A stretch of DNA of 64,000 nt from an uncultured Methanosarcinales archaeon (GTDB lineage Archaea; Nanobdellota; Nanobdellia; Woesearchaeales; GW2011-AR9), in assembly GCA_964464055.1 (NCBI GenBank), contig CAYXEO010000002.1:22145-86144 (forward strand), given 5' to 3'. A program made the position numbers and the translations under genes. A model generated the notes under the pieces. The model was given only the letters and a program-made list of their open reading frames with translations. It was not told the origin of the DNA and ran no database searches. Within the stretch, counting starts at the first letter, position 1. Each line of letters opens with the position of its first letter. This document shows positions 29,959-38,078 of this stretch, piece by piece.

Positions 29959-30177
29959 ATGTTAGCGTTTGGTGTAGATGTCCCATTGGTTGAAATTATT
30001 TTTGCATTAGCTTTAATTATTTTTGTTCTCCTAATAGAAACAATTGTGATTATTTCTTTACTAATGAAACAGATGCATAAATCTAAAGAACTTTCTCATT
30101 TGATAGAAAAAATGTCTGATACTTTGTTAAATATTAAAAGAGCAGAGATAGAAGAATTAGATAAACTAAGAAGGTAA
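29959..30177 (+). CDS. hypothetical small membrane protein
   Basis: 72 aa with one TM helix (IIFALALIIFVLLIETIVIISLLM) and a charged tail. Confidence 0.3.
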   Translation: MLAFGVDVPLVEIIFALALIIFVLLIETIVIISLLMKQMHKSKELSHLIEKMSDTLLNIKRAEIEELDKLRR

Positions 30178-30263
30178 CTATTTGTTTATAAATTCTTTAT
30201 TACTTTTTATTTGTTAATTAATTCTAGAAAAAATATTAAAAAAAAATAAAAAAAGGAAAATAC

Positions 30264-30962
30264 TTATTTTTTCTCTTCAACAGGTGCAATTTCGTTGATG
30301 ATAACCATTGGGATACCAGCATCTTCCATTACTTTACGAGCTTTCTTACTATCTTTAGATTTTGCTAAGATTTGTTTCGCTTGTCTTTCGAACTGTTCTC
30401 GCTTAGCTTCTAATTCTTCCTGCATTTTCTTTCGTTCTTCTTCTTGTTCTTTCAATTCTTCTGCAGTAAGTTCAGTTTTTCCAGCGATAATCTTTTCGTC
30501 AAATTTACCTTCTGAGATTGCTTGTAATGCGCCTTGTGCATCCATACCTTCAACCATGACACCCATGGATTGACAAGTACCGACAATTTCTCGACATCGT
30601 GCTTTATTATCACTACCTAACAAAGCATCTTCTTTCATTTTTGCAACTTTGATAATCTGTTCAATTTTAAGATCTGCAACTTTATCTGTTAATGGGTTAC
30701 CTGCACCTTTCTCAATACCTGCTTCTTTTCTGATTAAAGCAGCTGCTGGTGGTGTTCCAATACTGATTTCGAACTCTTTAGTTTCGTCATCAACGATAAC
30801 TTTAACTGGCACTTGCATACCTTTCATGTCGGCAGTTTTTTTGTTAATTTCTGCTACAACTTGACCAATATTAACTCCTGTTGGACCTAATGCTGGACCT
30901 AAAGGTGGTGCTGCGGAAGCTTTACCACCCGAGATTAATGTTTCAACTGTTTGTTTTGCCAT
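30264..30962 (-). CDS. rpl11: 50S ribosomal protein L11 (uL11) with a ~65-aa C-terminal extension
   Basis: MAKQTVETLISGGKASAAPPLGPALGPTGVNIGQVV... is canonical aL11, which is ~160 aa. Here it continues with an acidic coiled coil and ...ARKVMEDAGIPMVIINEIAPVEEKK. Confidence 0.85.
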   Translation of the reverse strand: MAKQTVETLISGGKASAAPPLGPALGPTGVNIGQVVAEINKKTADMKGMQVPVKVIVDDETKEFEISIGTPPAAALIRKEAGIEKGAGNPLTDKVADLKIEQIIKVAKMKEDALLGSDNKARCREIVGTCQSMGVMVEGMDAQGALQAISEGKFDEKIIAGKTELTAEELKEQEEERKKMQEELEAKREQFERQAKQILAKSKDSKKARKVMEDAGIPMVIINEIAPVEEKK

Positions 30963-31314
30963 AATCTTTACAAAAGATTATCATTCAAAGATGTGCGGGA
31001 TGCGCGTTTCTTACCCCCACGAGAGTGTATAACTTTGATTTGATATCTTATATCCTCCTAATTATTAATTCACCTATATTTGTATATCTGTGCGTAACTT
31101 ACCTTTAAAAACGGGGTTTGTTTATATAGTTTGTGCCTAGTTTTGTCCGTAAATTATATAAAAGAATCAAGAATCCATTAGAAACATGAGTTCCGTAAGA
31201 AAGCGTGGAAGTTAGAACATTACTTTTTCTAGATCAATTTAGTTAGTAAGTTGTTACAAAATATAACTACAAAATTAAATAATTTAAAAAATACATCGTC
31301 GAGGTTATAAAAAA

Positions 31315-32265
31315 ATGCAAATAGTAAAAGATTTTCAATGGAAAAAAGATATTACAGTTAAAGAATTGGTTGAAGGATACCAAAACATTGGGTATCAAAG
31401 TATCGAACTAGCCAAAGCATCAGAAGTTATTGTCAAAATGAAGAAAGATTCTGCCAAAATATTTTTGACATTCACATCAAACATGGTCACATCAGGGTTA
31501 CGGGGCTTTTTTGCCCAACTAATTAAATTGGGTATCCCAACCGCGATAGTAACCACCGTTGGTGGGATTGAAGAAGACATCATGAAAGCGAAGGGGGAAT
31601 CATTTAAAATTGGCAAATTTGAAGCTGACGATGTAGAATTGCATGAGCAAGGTGTAAACAGAGTTGGGAACTTGTTCATCAACAACGAAGCGTACATGAA
31701 CTTTGAAGATTATATAAATCCGATTCTGGATAAACTGTACCAGAAACAAAAACGGTGGGCAGTATCAGATTTGTTACGAGAAATAGGATTAATGGTTGAT
31801 GACGAAAACTCCATTCTTTCTCAGGCAGCAAAAAAAGATGTACCAATTTTCTGTCCGGCGATCACCGATGGTGCATTTGGGTTCCATTTGTATTTGTTCC
31901 AACAGAAACATCGTGACTTTATTGTTGATGTGGTACAAGATTTTGGGAACATACTTTTTACCACAACCCACGATGATAAGAAAGGAGTCATTGCACTTGG
32001 AGGTTCAATCAGTAAACATCACGCAATCCTCTGCACATTACTTAATGGCGGGGCAGAATATGCTGTTTATATGACTACTGCACATAAAACTTCTGGCTCA
32101 ATGTCGGGGGCAACAACTAATGAAGCAAAATCGTGGGGGAAAGTCAAAGATGATTCTGATATCGCTACCGTAATTGGTGATGTTACAATCATGTTTCCAT
32201 TAATGATGATAAAAGCTTTGGAAGAACTAGATTCTGAGGGTCTTTTAGAGGGTGAACATGAATAA
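31315..32265 (+). CDS. dhs: deoxyhypusine synthase
   Basis: 316 aa with the characteristic DHS NAD/spermidine-site motif ...GGS.SKHHAILC... and an overall collinear match. It is the first gene of a three-gene operon. Confidence 0.85.
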   Translation: MQIVKDFQWKKDITVKELVEGYQNIGYQSIELAKASEVIVKMKKDSAKIFLTFTSNMVTSGLRGFFAQLIKLGIPTAIVTTVGGIEEDIMKAKGESFKIGKFEADDVELHEQGVNRVGNLFINNEAYMNFEDYINPILDKLYQKQKRWAVSDLLREIGLMVDDENSILSQAAKKDVPIFCPAITDGAFGFHLYLFQQKHRDFIVDVVQDFGNILFTTTHDDKKGVIALGGSISKHHAILCTLLNGGAEYAVYMTTAHKTSGSMSGATTNEAKSWGKVKDDSDIATVIGDVTIMFPLMMIKALEELDSEGLLEGEHE

Positions 32266-33334
32266 AATTAAACCAAAATTTATACTTTCTAAAAGTAAAG
32301 TACTTGAACAGTATCAAAAATTAGTTCCTTTCGCAGACCAGATTTCTTACAGTTCTAAAACAAACCCTTTAGTTACTAAAATTTTAGAAAAAGAAACCAA
32401 ATGCTTTTTTAGCATCCACTTTGTTAATGAACTAAAACATGTCCAAGATAAATCACGAATAGTTTTTCTTGCCCAAGCATGGGATGAAGAAGAAATCAAG
32501 TCACTTTTGGATCAACAAATTCATCATTTTATTGTTGATAACGAATCTGATTTAGATATTTTATTAAATTATCTTTCATCTAATGAAATAAAACAAAAAG
32601 TAACACTCTTTTTACGGATTAAATTGAAAGAAAACACTTTACGTACAGAAAAATATTTTGTTTTTGGGATGAGTTCCAAGATAATTAATTCAAAAATTGA
32701 ACAGATATCCATGAATAAAAACATTAAAAATAAAATTGCTCAATTAGGAGTACATTTTCATCGAAAAACACAAAATATGAGTGAATGGAATTTACAGTAT
32801 GAAATTGAACAGATGTTATCATCATTATCTTTAAGAAATCTTAATTTGATTAATATAGGTGGTGGTTTACCTTCTGTTTATGCTAACACTAATGCAAAAG
32901 TGTTACCAGGAATTTTCAACAAGATCACTGAACTAAAACAGTGGCTTAATGATCAAGAAATCAAGTTGGTAATTGAACCGGGAAGATTTATTGCTGCTCC
33001 TGCAGGCAAACTTGTCACTAGAATAGTGGGGATACATCAACAAAATATTGTTGTTAACGCTTCTGTATACAATAGTGACATGGACGCTTTAATTGTACCT
33101 GTTAAATTGTTAGTGGAAGGAGAATTTAGTCAAGCCGAGGAGAAAGAAAACGAAACGATTCTACCATTTGTTGTCAAAGGTATTACTCCTTGTTCGATGG
33201 ACTTGTTCCGTTATCGGGTTTATCTCAAAAACCCACAAATCGGGCAAGAATTAGTTTTTCTTAATGCTGGTGCCTATGGTTTCTCAACAAACTTTTGTGA
33301 TTTGGACACTTTAGAGATGGAGTTAATAGAGTAA
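32252..33334 (+). CDS. PLP-dependent fold-III (alanine-racemase-like) basic-amino-acid decarboxylase (arginine/ornithine-type)
   Basis: ISYSSKTNP (PLP-Lys region), INIGGGLPSVY (GGG motif), VIEPGRFIAAPAG (EPGR motif), LNAGAYGFS (GAY motif). It overlaps the dhs stop by 14 nt. Confidence 0.75.
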   Translation: MNMNKIKPKFILSKSKVLEQYQKLVPFADQISYSSKTNPLVTKILEKETKCFFSIHFVNELKHVQDKSRIVFLAQAWDEEEIKSLLDQQIHHFIVDNESDLDILLNYLSSNEIKQKVTLFLRIKLKENTLRTEKYFVFGMSSKIINSKIEQISMNKNIKNKIAQLGVHFHRKTQNMSEWNLQYEIEQMLSSLSLRNLNLINIGGGLPSVYANTNAKVLPGIFNKITELKQWLNDQEIKLVIEPGRFIAAPAGKLVTRIVGIHQQNIVVNASVYNSDMDALIVPVKLLVEGEFSQAEEKENETILPFVVKGITPCSMDLFRYRVYLKNPQIGQELVFLNAGAYGFSTNFCDLDTLEMELIE

Positions 33335-33341
33335 ATAGAAA

Positions 33342-34232
33342 ATGGAACAAGATAAATTTCTTAACTGGATGAATTTACCACAGGAATATAGCGGAGAAGA
33401 AAGCAAATTTGTTATACTTCCAGTAGAGTACGAAAAAGAGGTTACTTTTGGTACAGGTGCCGCTCAAGGTTCGCAGGAAATTATTCGTGCTTCGGAACAT
33501 CTAGAGTATTACGATTGTCAATTTGATACTGAACCTTTTTTGGATGGTGTTAAGTTACTTGATCCCATTAAAACGGTTACATCTGAATCACAAAAACAAC
33601 ACACTCCACAAGAGATGGTCAATACTGTTTCTGCAACAGTTGCACAACAGACTGGAAACAGATTCGTTATTGGTTTAGGTGGTGATCATGCAGTAACAAT
33701 AGGATTAGTTAAAGGCCAAGAGCAGTTACATGAAGATTTCTCAGTAATCATCTTGGATGCACACGCAGATTTTCGTGACTCTTGGAATGGTTCGTCTCTT
33801 AACCATGCTTGTGTAGCTAAACAAGTAAGTAAAAAGCACGAAGTTGTAATTGTTGGTGTTCGTTCCATGGACATTGACGAAAAAAAGCAGATAGATTCTA
33901 GTTCAGATGTACATTTGTTATTAGCGCATGAATTTTCTCTAGACAAATTAAAACAACTTCTTCCAGAATTGAAGAAAAAAGTATATCTTTCCATCGATGT
34001 TGATGTATTAGACTCAAGTATTATCAGAAACACTGGAACTCCTGAACCTGCTGGACTAACTTGGAACCAAGTGGTAGACATTTTACAATTAGTATTTCAG
34101 GAGAAGCAAGTTATTGGCGCAGATTTGGTAGAGTTTTCTCCACAACAGAAAAGTGATTTTCAAGGCGAAGCGTATTCATTAGCGAAATTGGTTTACAAAA
34201 TCATGGCTTTACATAGAAAGATAAGTAAATAG
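33342..34232 (+). CDS. speB: agmatinase/arginase-family ureohydrolase
   Basis: GGDHAVTIG, ILDAHADF and SIDVDVLD Mn-binding motifs. It starts 7 nt after the decarboxylase gene. Confidence 0.8.
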   Translation: MEQDKFLNWMNLPQEYSGEESKFVILPVEYEKEVTFGTGAAQGSQEIIRASEHLEYYDCQFDTEPFLDGVKLLDPIKTVTSESQKQHTPQEMVNTVSATVAQQTGNRFVIGLGGDHAVTIGLVKGQEQLHEDFSVIILDAHADFRDSWNGSSLNHACVAKQVSKKHEVVIVGVRSMDIDEKKQIDSSSDVHLLLAHEFSLDKLKQLLPELKKKVYLSIDVDVLDSSIIRNTGTPEPAGLTWNQVVDILQLVFQEKQVIGADLVEFSPQQKSDFQGEAYSLAKLVYKIMALHRKISK

Positions 34233-34382
34233 TCTGGTTTTGATGTGAGCAATGTCGAGTTCGCTTTAAGTATGGTTTTAAAGGGATGTGGTTCCCTCCC
34301 ATAAGGAACAAAAACCCCCCTCCCACCATTAATGGTTAAAATGAGGGACGCTCACGAATTGACATAGTTCATTTACCAGGCT

Positions 34383-34408
34383 ACTTACTTACTTACTTAC
34401 TTACTTAC
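34383..34408. repeat. (CTTA)6 microsatellite
   Basis: ctacttacttacttacttacttacttacag, read directly. Confidence 0.85.
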
Positions 34409-34453
34409 AGAGAAAGTAAATATTTATATACTTCTTTTATTTATTTTTTTAAT

Positions 34454-35053
34454 ATGGCTCAGAAGTTAACAGTGGTTCCTGGTAATGGTGCATTTACAAT
34501 TAAGTACAAAGATATATTTGATATGAAGGCATTTTATGAATCTCTTCATGAATGGTTTCTAGAACATGATTGGGGCGATTTAGAAGATGGTAAAGATAAA
34601 TGGGAACGTCTTTATAGGGAAAGAGTAGCTCAAGGTGGTGCTAGAGAAATTTGGATTGAATGGCGACTTAAAAAACAGCCAGAGAATGTGCCTTTTATGT
34701 ATTATTTAAATCTTAGTTTTCATTGTGTGGCTTTGATGAACACAGAAATCATTAAGGATGGTGAGAAGTTAAAAGTCAATAAAGGTGAAGTAGAATTAGT
34801 AATTAAACCGCAATTAGAGTTGTCTTATGAAGATGCAATGTATAAGAATGATTTTTTAAAAAGGATAACTATATTGTTCCGTAATCGAATGTATAATAAT
34901 ATGATTGGTGAGCGGAAGAAAGAATTGTATCAAGAAGCATTCGTTCTAAACAATTTTATCAAACAATGGTTTAAATTAAAAAGATACTTACCGTACGAAG
35001 AAACCAAGAGTTTTTTCCCTTCTTCTGCGTGGCCGAGCCATTTGAAGGAGTAG
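34454..35053 (+). CDS. hypothetical protein, paralog of the ORF at 15054..15587
   Basis: 199 aa with the same N-terminal architecture (TI+Y..+FD...Y..+..W) and an aromatic/Trp-rich core. Confidence 0.5.
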   Translation: MAQKLTVVPGNGAFTIKYKDIFDMKAFYESLHEWFLEHDWGDLEDGKDKWERLYRERVAQGGAREIWIEWRLKKQPENVPFMYYLNLSFHCVALMNTEIIKDGEKLKVNKGEVELVIKPQLELSYEDAMYKNDFLKRITILFRNRMYNNMIGERKKELYQEAFVLNNFIKQWFKLKRYLPYEETKSFFPSSAWPSHLKE

Positions 35054-35131
35054 GTGGAACTTGTTTTTTTGTTACTTTATTACGCTTTTACACAAGAAAC
35101 GTTTATATATTCTTAATATTAGCTAATTAAA

Positions 35132-36643
35132 ATGGTAAAAACTAATGTAGATGGAAATAAATTAAGGAAACTTAATGAAATGAAAGAGTTGGGTATTAAC
35201 CCGTATCCGTACACTTATAATCAAACGCATCATGCGAAAAATGTTAATGATAAATATACTACTTTGAAATCTGAAGAACATACTGAAGACAAAGTTTCTG
35301 TTGCTGGTAGAGTGATGTTAAAAAGAGTTATGGGGAAAGCTAGTTTTTTCCATATCCAAGATCAAACCGGAAGAATTCAACTCTATTTAACTAAAGACAA
35401 TTTAGGCGCAGATAATTACAAAATTCTTGCTAAAAAAGTTGACATTGGAGATATCATTGGTGTTGAAGGTAAGATATTCAAAACTCGGAAAGGAGAAGTT
35501 ACTGTTGAATGTTCTACTGCACAAGTTCTTTGTAAATCATTACAAATGTTACCAGAGAAATTTCATGGTTTGAAAGATATCGAATTACGTTACAGACAAA
35601 GGTACTTAGACCTAATCATGAACCAAGATTCCAAAATAGTTTTTGAGAAACGAAGTAAAATGATTAAAGTTATCCGGGACTATTTTGACGAAAAAAAGTT
35701 TATGGAAGTTGAAACACCTACTTTACAAACTATTTATGGTGGTGCTAATGCTCGTCCGTTTGAAACACATATTAATGCATGGGACATGAAAATGTATTTA
35801 TCAATTTCTCCAGAACTATATTTGAAACGGCTTTTGGTGGGTGGATTTGAGAAAGTGTTTACTATTTGTAAAAACTTCCGTAATGAGGATGTAGATTTGT
35901 CTCACAATCCAGAATTTACCATGTTGGAGATTTATGAAGCTTACGCAGATTATCGGACCATGATGGGATACATTGAGCAAGTGTATGAAAAGTCTTGTTT
36001 AGCAATTAACGGCACTACAAAAGTTAAGAAAATGTATCATGGTGAAGAAGTAGAACTAGATTTTAAAGCTCCTTGGAAAAGAATGACTATGCTTGAAGCA
36101 ATTAAGAAGTATGGTAATACGGATGCTTCTATGATGTCTGAAGAAGCTATCAAAGCTACTGTTGACAATTTGAACCTTGAATATGAAGGAACTTTTACTT
36201 GGGGATTAGGTGTGCAATTACTTTTTGAAGAATTAGTAGAAGAGAAATTAATTCAACCAATCCATATTATTGATCATCCTAAAGAGTCTACACCTTTATG
36301 TAAAGCACATCCTGAAGATGAGCGGTTAATTGAACGGTTTGAATCATTCTGTATAGGGATGGAATTATGTAATGCTTATTCAGAACTTAACGACCCTGCT
36401 TTACAACGGGAATTATTAGAAAAACAAGCCGTTGAATTACGTGCTGGTGATGGTGAAGCACATCCAATGGATGAAGATTTTATTAAAGCGATGGAATATG
36501 GTATGCCTCCTGCTGGTGGGCTTGGGTTTGGTATTGACCGGATGATAATTGTATTGACAGGAGTAGATTCTATCAGAGATGTGATCTTGTTCCCGACCAT
36601 GAAACCTGTTAAGGAAGACAAGAAAGAAGATAAGAAGGAATAG
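35132..36643 (+). CDS. lysS: lysyl-tRNA synthetase, class II
   Basis: N-terminal OB anticodon-binding domain, motif 2 (FRNED), motif 3 (GGLGFGIDRMIIVLTGVDSIRDVILFP), 503 aa. Confidence 0.9.
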   Translation: MVKTNVDGNKLRKLNEMKELGINPYPYTYNQTHHAKNVNDKYTTLKSEEHTEDKVSVAGRVMLKRVMGKASFFHIQDQTGRIQLYLTKDNLGADNYKILAKKVDIGDIIGVEGKIFKTRKGEVTVECSTAQVLCKSLQMLPEKFHGLKDIELRYRQRYLDLIMNQDSKIVFEKRSKMIKVIRDYFDEKKFMEVETPTLQTIYGGANARPFETHINAWDMKMYLSISPELYLKRLLVGGFEKVFTICKNFRNEDVDLSHNPEFTMLEIYEAYADYRTMMGYIEQVYEKSCLAINGTTKVKKMYHGEEVELDFKAPWKRMTMLEAIKKYGNTDASMMSEEAIKATVDNLNLEYEGTFTWGLGVQLLFEELVEEKLIQPIHIIDHPKESTPLCKAHPEDERLIERFESFCIGMELCNAYSELNDPALQRELLEKQAVELRAGDGEAHPMDEDFIKAMEYGMPPAGGLGFGIDRMIIVLTGVDSIRDVILFPTMKPVKEDKKEDKKE

Positions 36644-36645
36644 TT

Positions 36646-36816
36646 TTATTCTTTTGTTCTTTTTATTACACATCTCATGAAATAAGTAAACAGTAAAATT
36701 AAAAATACTAGTGTCCATTGAAGTGTATCAAAACAATTAGTATTCAGAACAGCTAAAAGTAAATAGATAATAAATATTCCATTAACAAATTCAACATATA
36801 TCTCTAAAGGATTCAT
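36646..36816 (-). CDS. possible small membrane protein (56 aa)
   Basis: Minus-strand ORF MNPLEIYVEFVNGIFIIYLLLAVLNTNCFDTLQWTLVFLILLFTYFMRCVIKRTKE*, found by hand translation and below the ORF-track cutoff. Confidence 0.2.
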   Translation of the reverse strand: MNPLEIYVEFVNGIFIIYLLLAVLNTNCFDTLQWTLVFLILLFTYFMRCVIKRTKE

Positions 36817-36948
36817 CTTATTAAAGTTAAATAAATCTCATAGGCAGACAGAATTAAAGTAATAGCTCCAGATGCCCAAGCTAATTTATTAAGAATTTCA
36901 TTTTTTTGTTTTTCAGTAATTTTATTTTGAAGTGTGCTTTGTAAGATT

Positions 36949-36971
36949 ATAAAAAATACGGGCCTGCGAAG
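36949..36971 (-). repeat. duplicate of the tRNA-Arg 3' end plus trailer (ataaaaaatacgggcctgcgaag), 48 nt downstream of the gene
   Basis: An exact 23-nt copy of 37020-37042, which is the complement of the tRNA 3' terminus CTTCGCAGGCCCG plus TATTTTTTAT. Confidence 0.7.
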
Positions 36972-37029
36972 CTTTTCACTAAACTTTTACAAAAAGTTTA
37001 ATCAAAAGAAGTTAAATAAATAAAAAATA

Positions 37030-37143
37030 CGGGCCTGCGAAGATTTGAACTCCGGATCTACAGCTATCTTCAGAGTGATAAAAAATCATTTCTTTTTTCG
37101 CTCTTAGGAGGCTGTCGCCCTATCCAGGCTAGGCTACAGGCCC
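37030..37143 (-). tRNA. tRNA-Arg (anticodon CCT) with a ~39-nt intron after position 37
   Basis: Minus strand. Acceptor GGGCCTG/CAGGCCC with discriminator G. Anticodon stem ACAGC/GCTGT with loop CTCCTAA. T-arm CGGAG-TTCAAAT-CTTCG (one G.U). Intron ~37065-37103. Confidence 0.8.
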
Positions 37144-37457
37144 ATTTATTTACAAAAGGACTGTATCTGAGTTTTGTTTGAAAGACAAACAAAAGAAAGA
37201 TGACGGACCCATTTGTTGTTACTTGGATTCTTTCTCTTTTTATAACTTTTCTTTGAAACAAACGAAAATAATAAATTATGGTGTTGATGTTTTTAAGAGG
37301 GATAATACGTTTTGTTTCATATAATTACCAAATTTATACTTTTTTTTCAAGTAATGTAATTGTGTTTAGTTAAAGGAACGTGTTAATTAATGTTATCAAC
37401 TTTTCACCTAAACAAACGAAAAGTATAAAAAGCAACTAGAAATAAAGAAAATGTTTA

Positions 37458-37579
37458 CGTGGGCGTGCCGGAGTGGTCAAACGGGATAGATGATAATTAA
37501 TCAGTCCAAGCTTAGGCCAGATATTCTGGAAGATACCTATTGACTTAGTGTCTACGCAGGTTCGAACCCTGCCGTCCAC
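37458..37579 (+). tRNA. intron-containing tRNA of unresolved identity (best reading: anticodon GAT, Ile; the long extra arm is unexplained)
   Basis: Acceptor GTGGGCG/CGTCCAC (one G.U) with discriminator A. D-loop GAGTGGTCAAA. T-arm GCAGG-TTCGAAC-CCTGC. It is 122 nt, implying a ~35-45-nt insertion. The best anticodon stem is GATAG/CTATT with loop ATGATA(C). The internal hairpin CCAGA-TAT-TCTGG probably lies in the intron. Confidence 0.55.
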
Positions 37580-37641
37580 ATATATTCTTTATTTTCACAT
37601 ACAACATTAATTTTATAAACCTTCTAAATATACTTCTGGCC

Positions 37642-38031
37642 ATGAAAAAGAAAAGAGGGCTGTTAAAAACATATTTGTTACTTGCTTTAGCATTTGGTTT
37701 GTTTGGTTTACTAGATGCTCTTTTAACTTTTTTTGATGTGGTAACTAATGTTTATGTTTATTTGGCGTTTGTTTTACCTTTCTTGTTTTTCGTATTTAGT
37801 ATTGTAGTTATCCCAATATTTCATCATCACCGATTAGAACGGATAGTTTATGTACTTCCAATTTATCACATCATCAGCTACGGTATTTTCTTTGCTTTTG
37901 CTTTTATTCTATCTTTTTTCTGGTTAGTTTATGGGTGGATTTGGGTTGCGATGTTACTAATTGGTTTTATTACTTCGATATTAGAAATTGGGTTTAGTTA
38001 TTATCTTTTAAAAAGATTCGATTTGATATAA
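37642..38031 (+). CDS. hypothetical 4-TM membrane protein
   Basis: 129 aa consisting almost entirely of hydrophobic helices. Confidence 0.4.
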   Translation: MKKKRGLLKTYLLLALAFGLFGLLDALLTFFDVVTNVYVYLAFVLPFLFFVFSIVVIPIFHHHRLERIVYVLPIYHIISYGIFFAFAFILSFFWLVYGWIWVAMLLIGFITSILEIGFSYYLLKRFDLI

Positions 38032-38078
38032 ATTGTTAAATTTTGATGTTATTATTAATTTATTTATTTTTTTCTAAA

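Noticed and set aside
30295-30864. Plus-strand ORFs opposite rpl11
   Set aside because: They are shadow ORFs of a confidently identified ribosomal protein gene.
37555-37571. Possibility that the third tRNA lies on the minus strand
   Set aside because: The T-loop core GGTTCGAACC is palindromic, which made the orientation ambiguous. Only the plus strand gives a paired acceptor stem and a canonical D-loop (AGTGGTCAAA).
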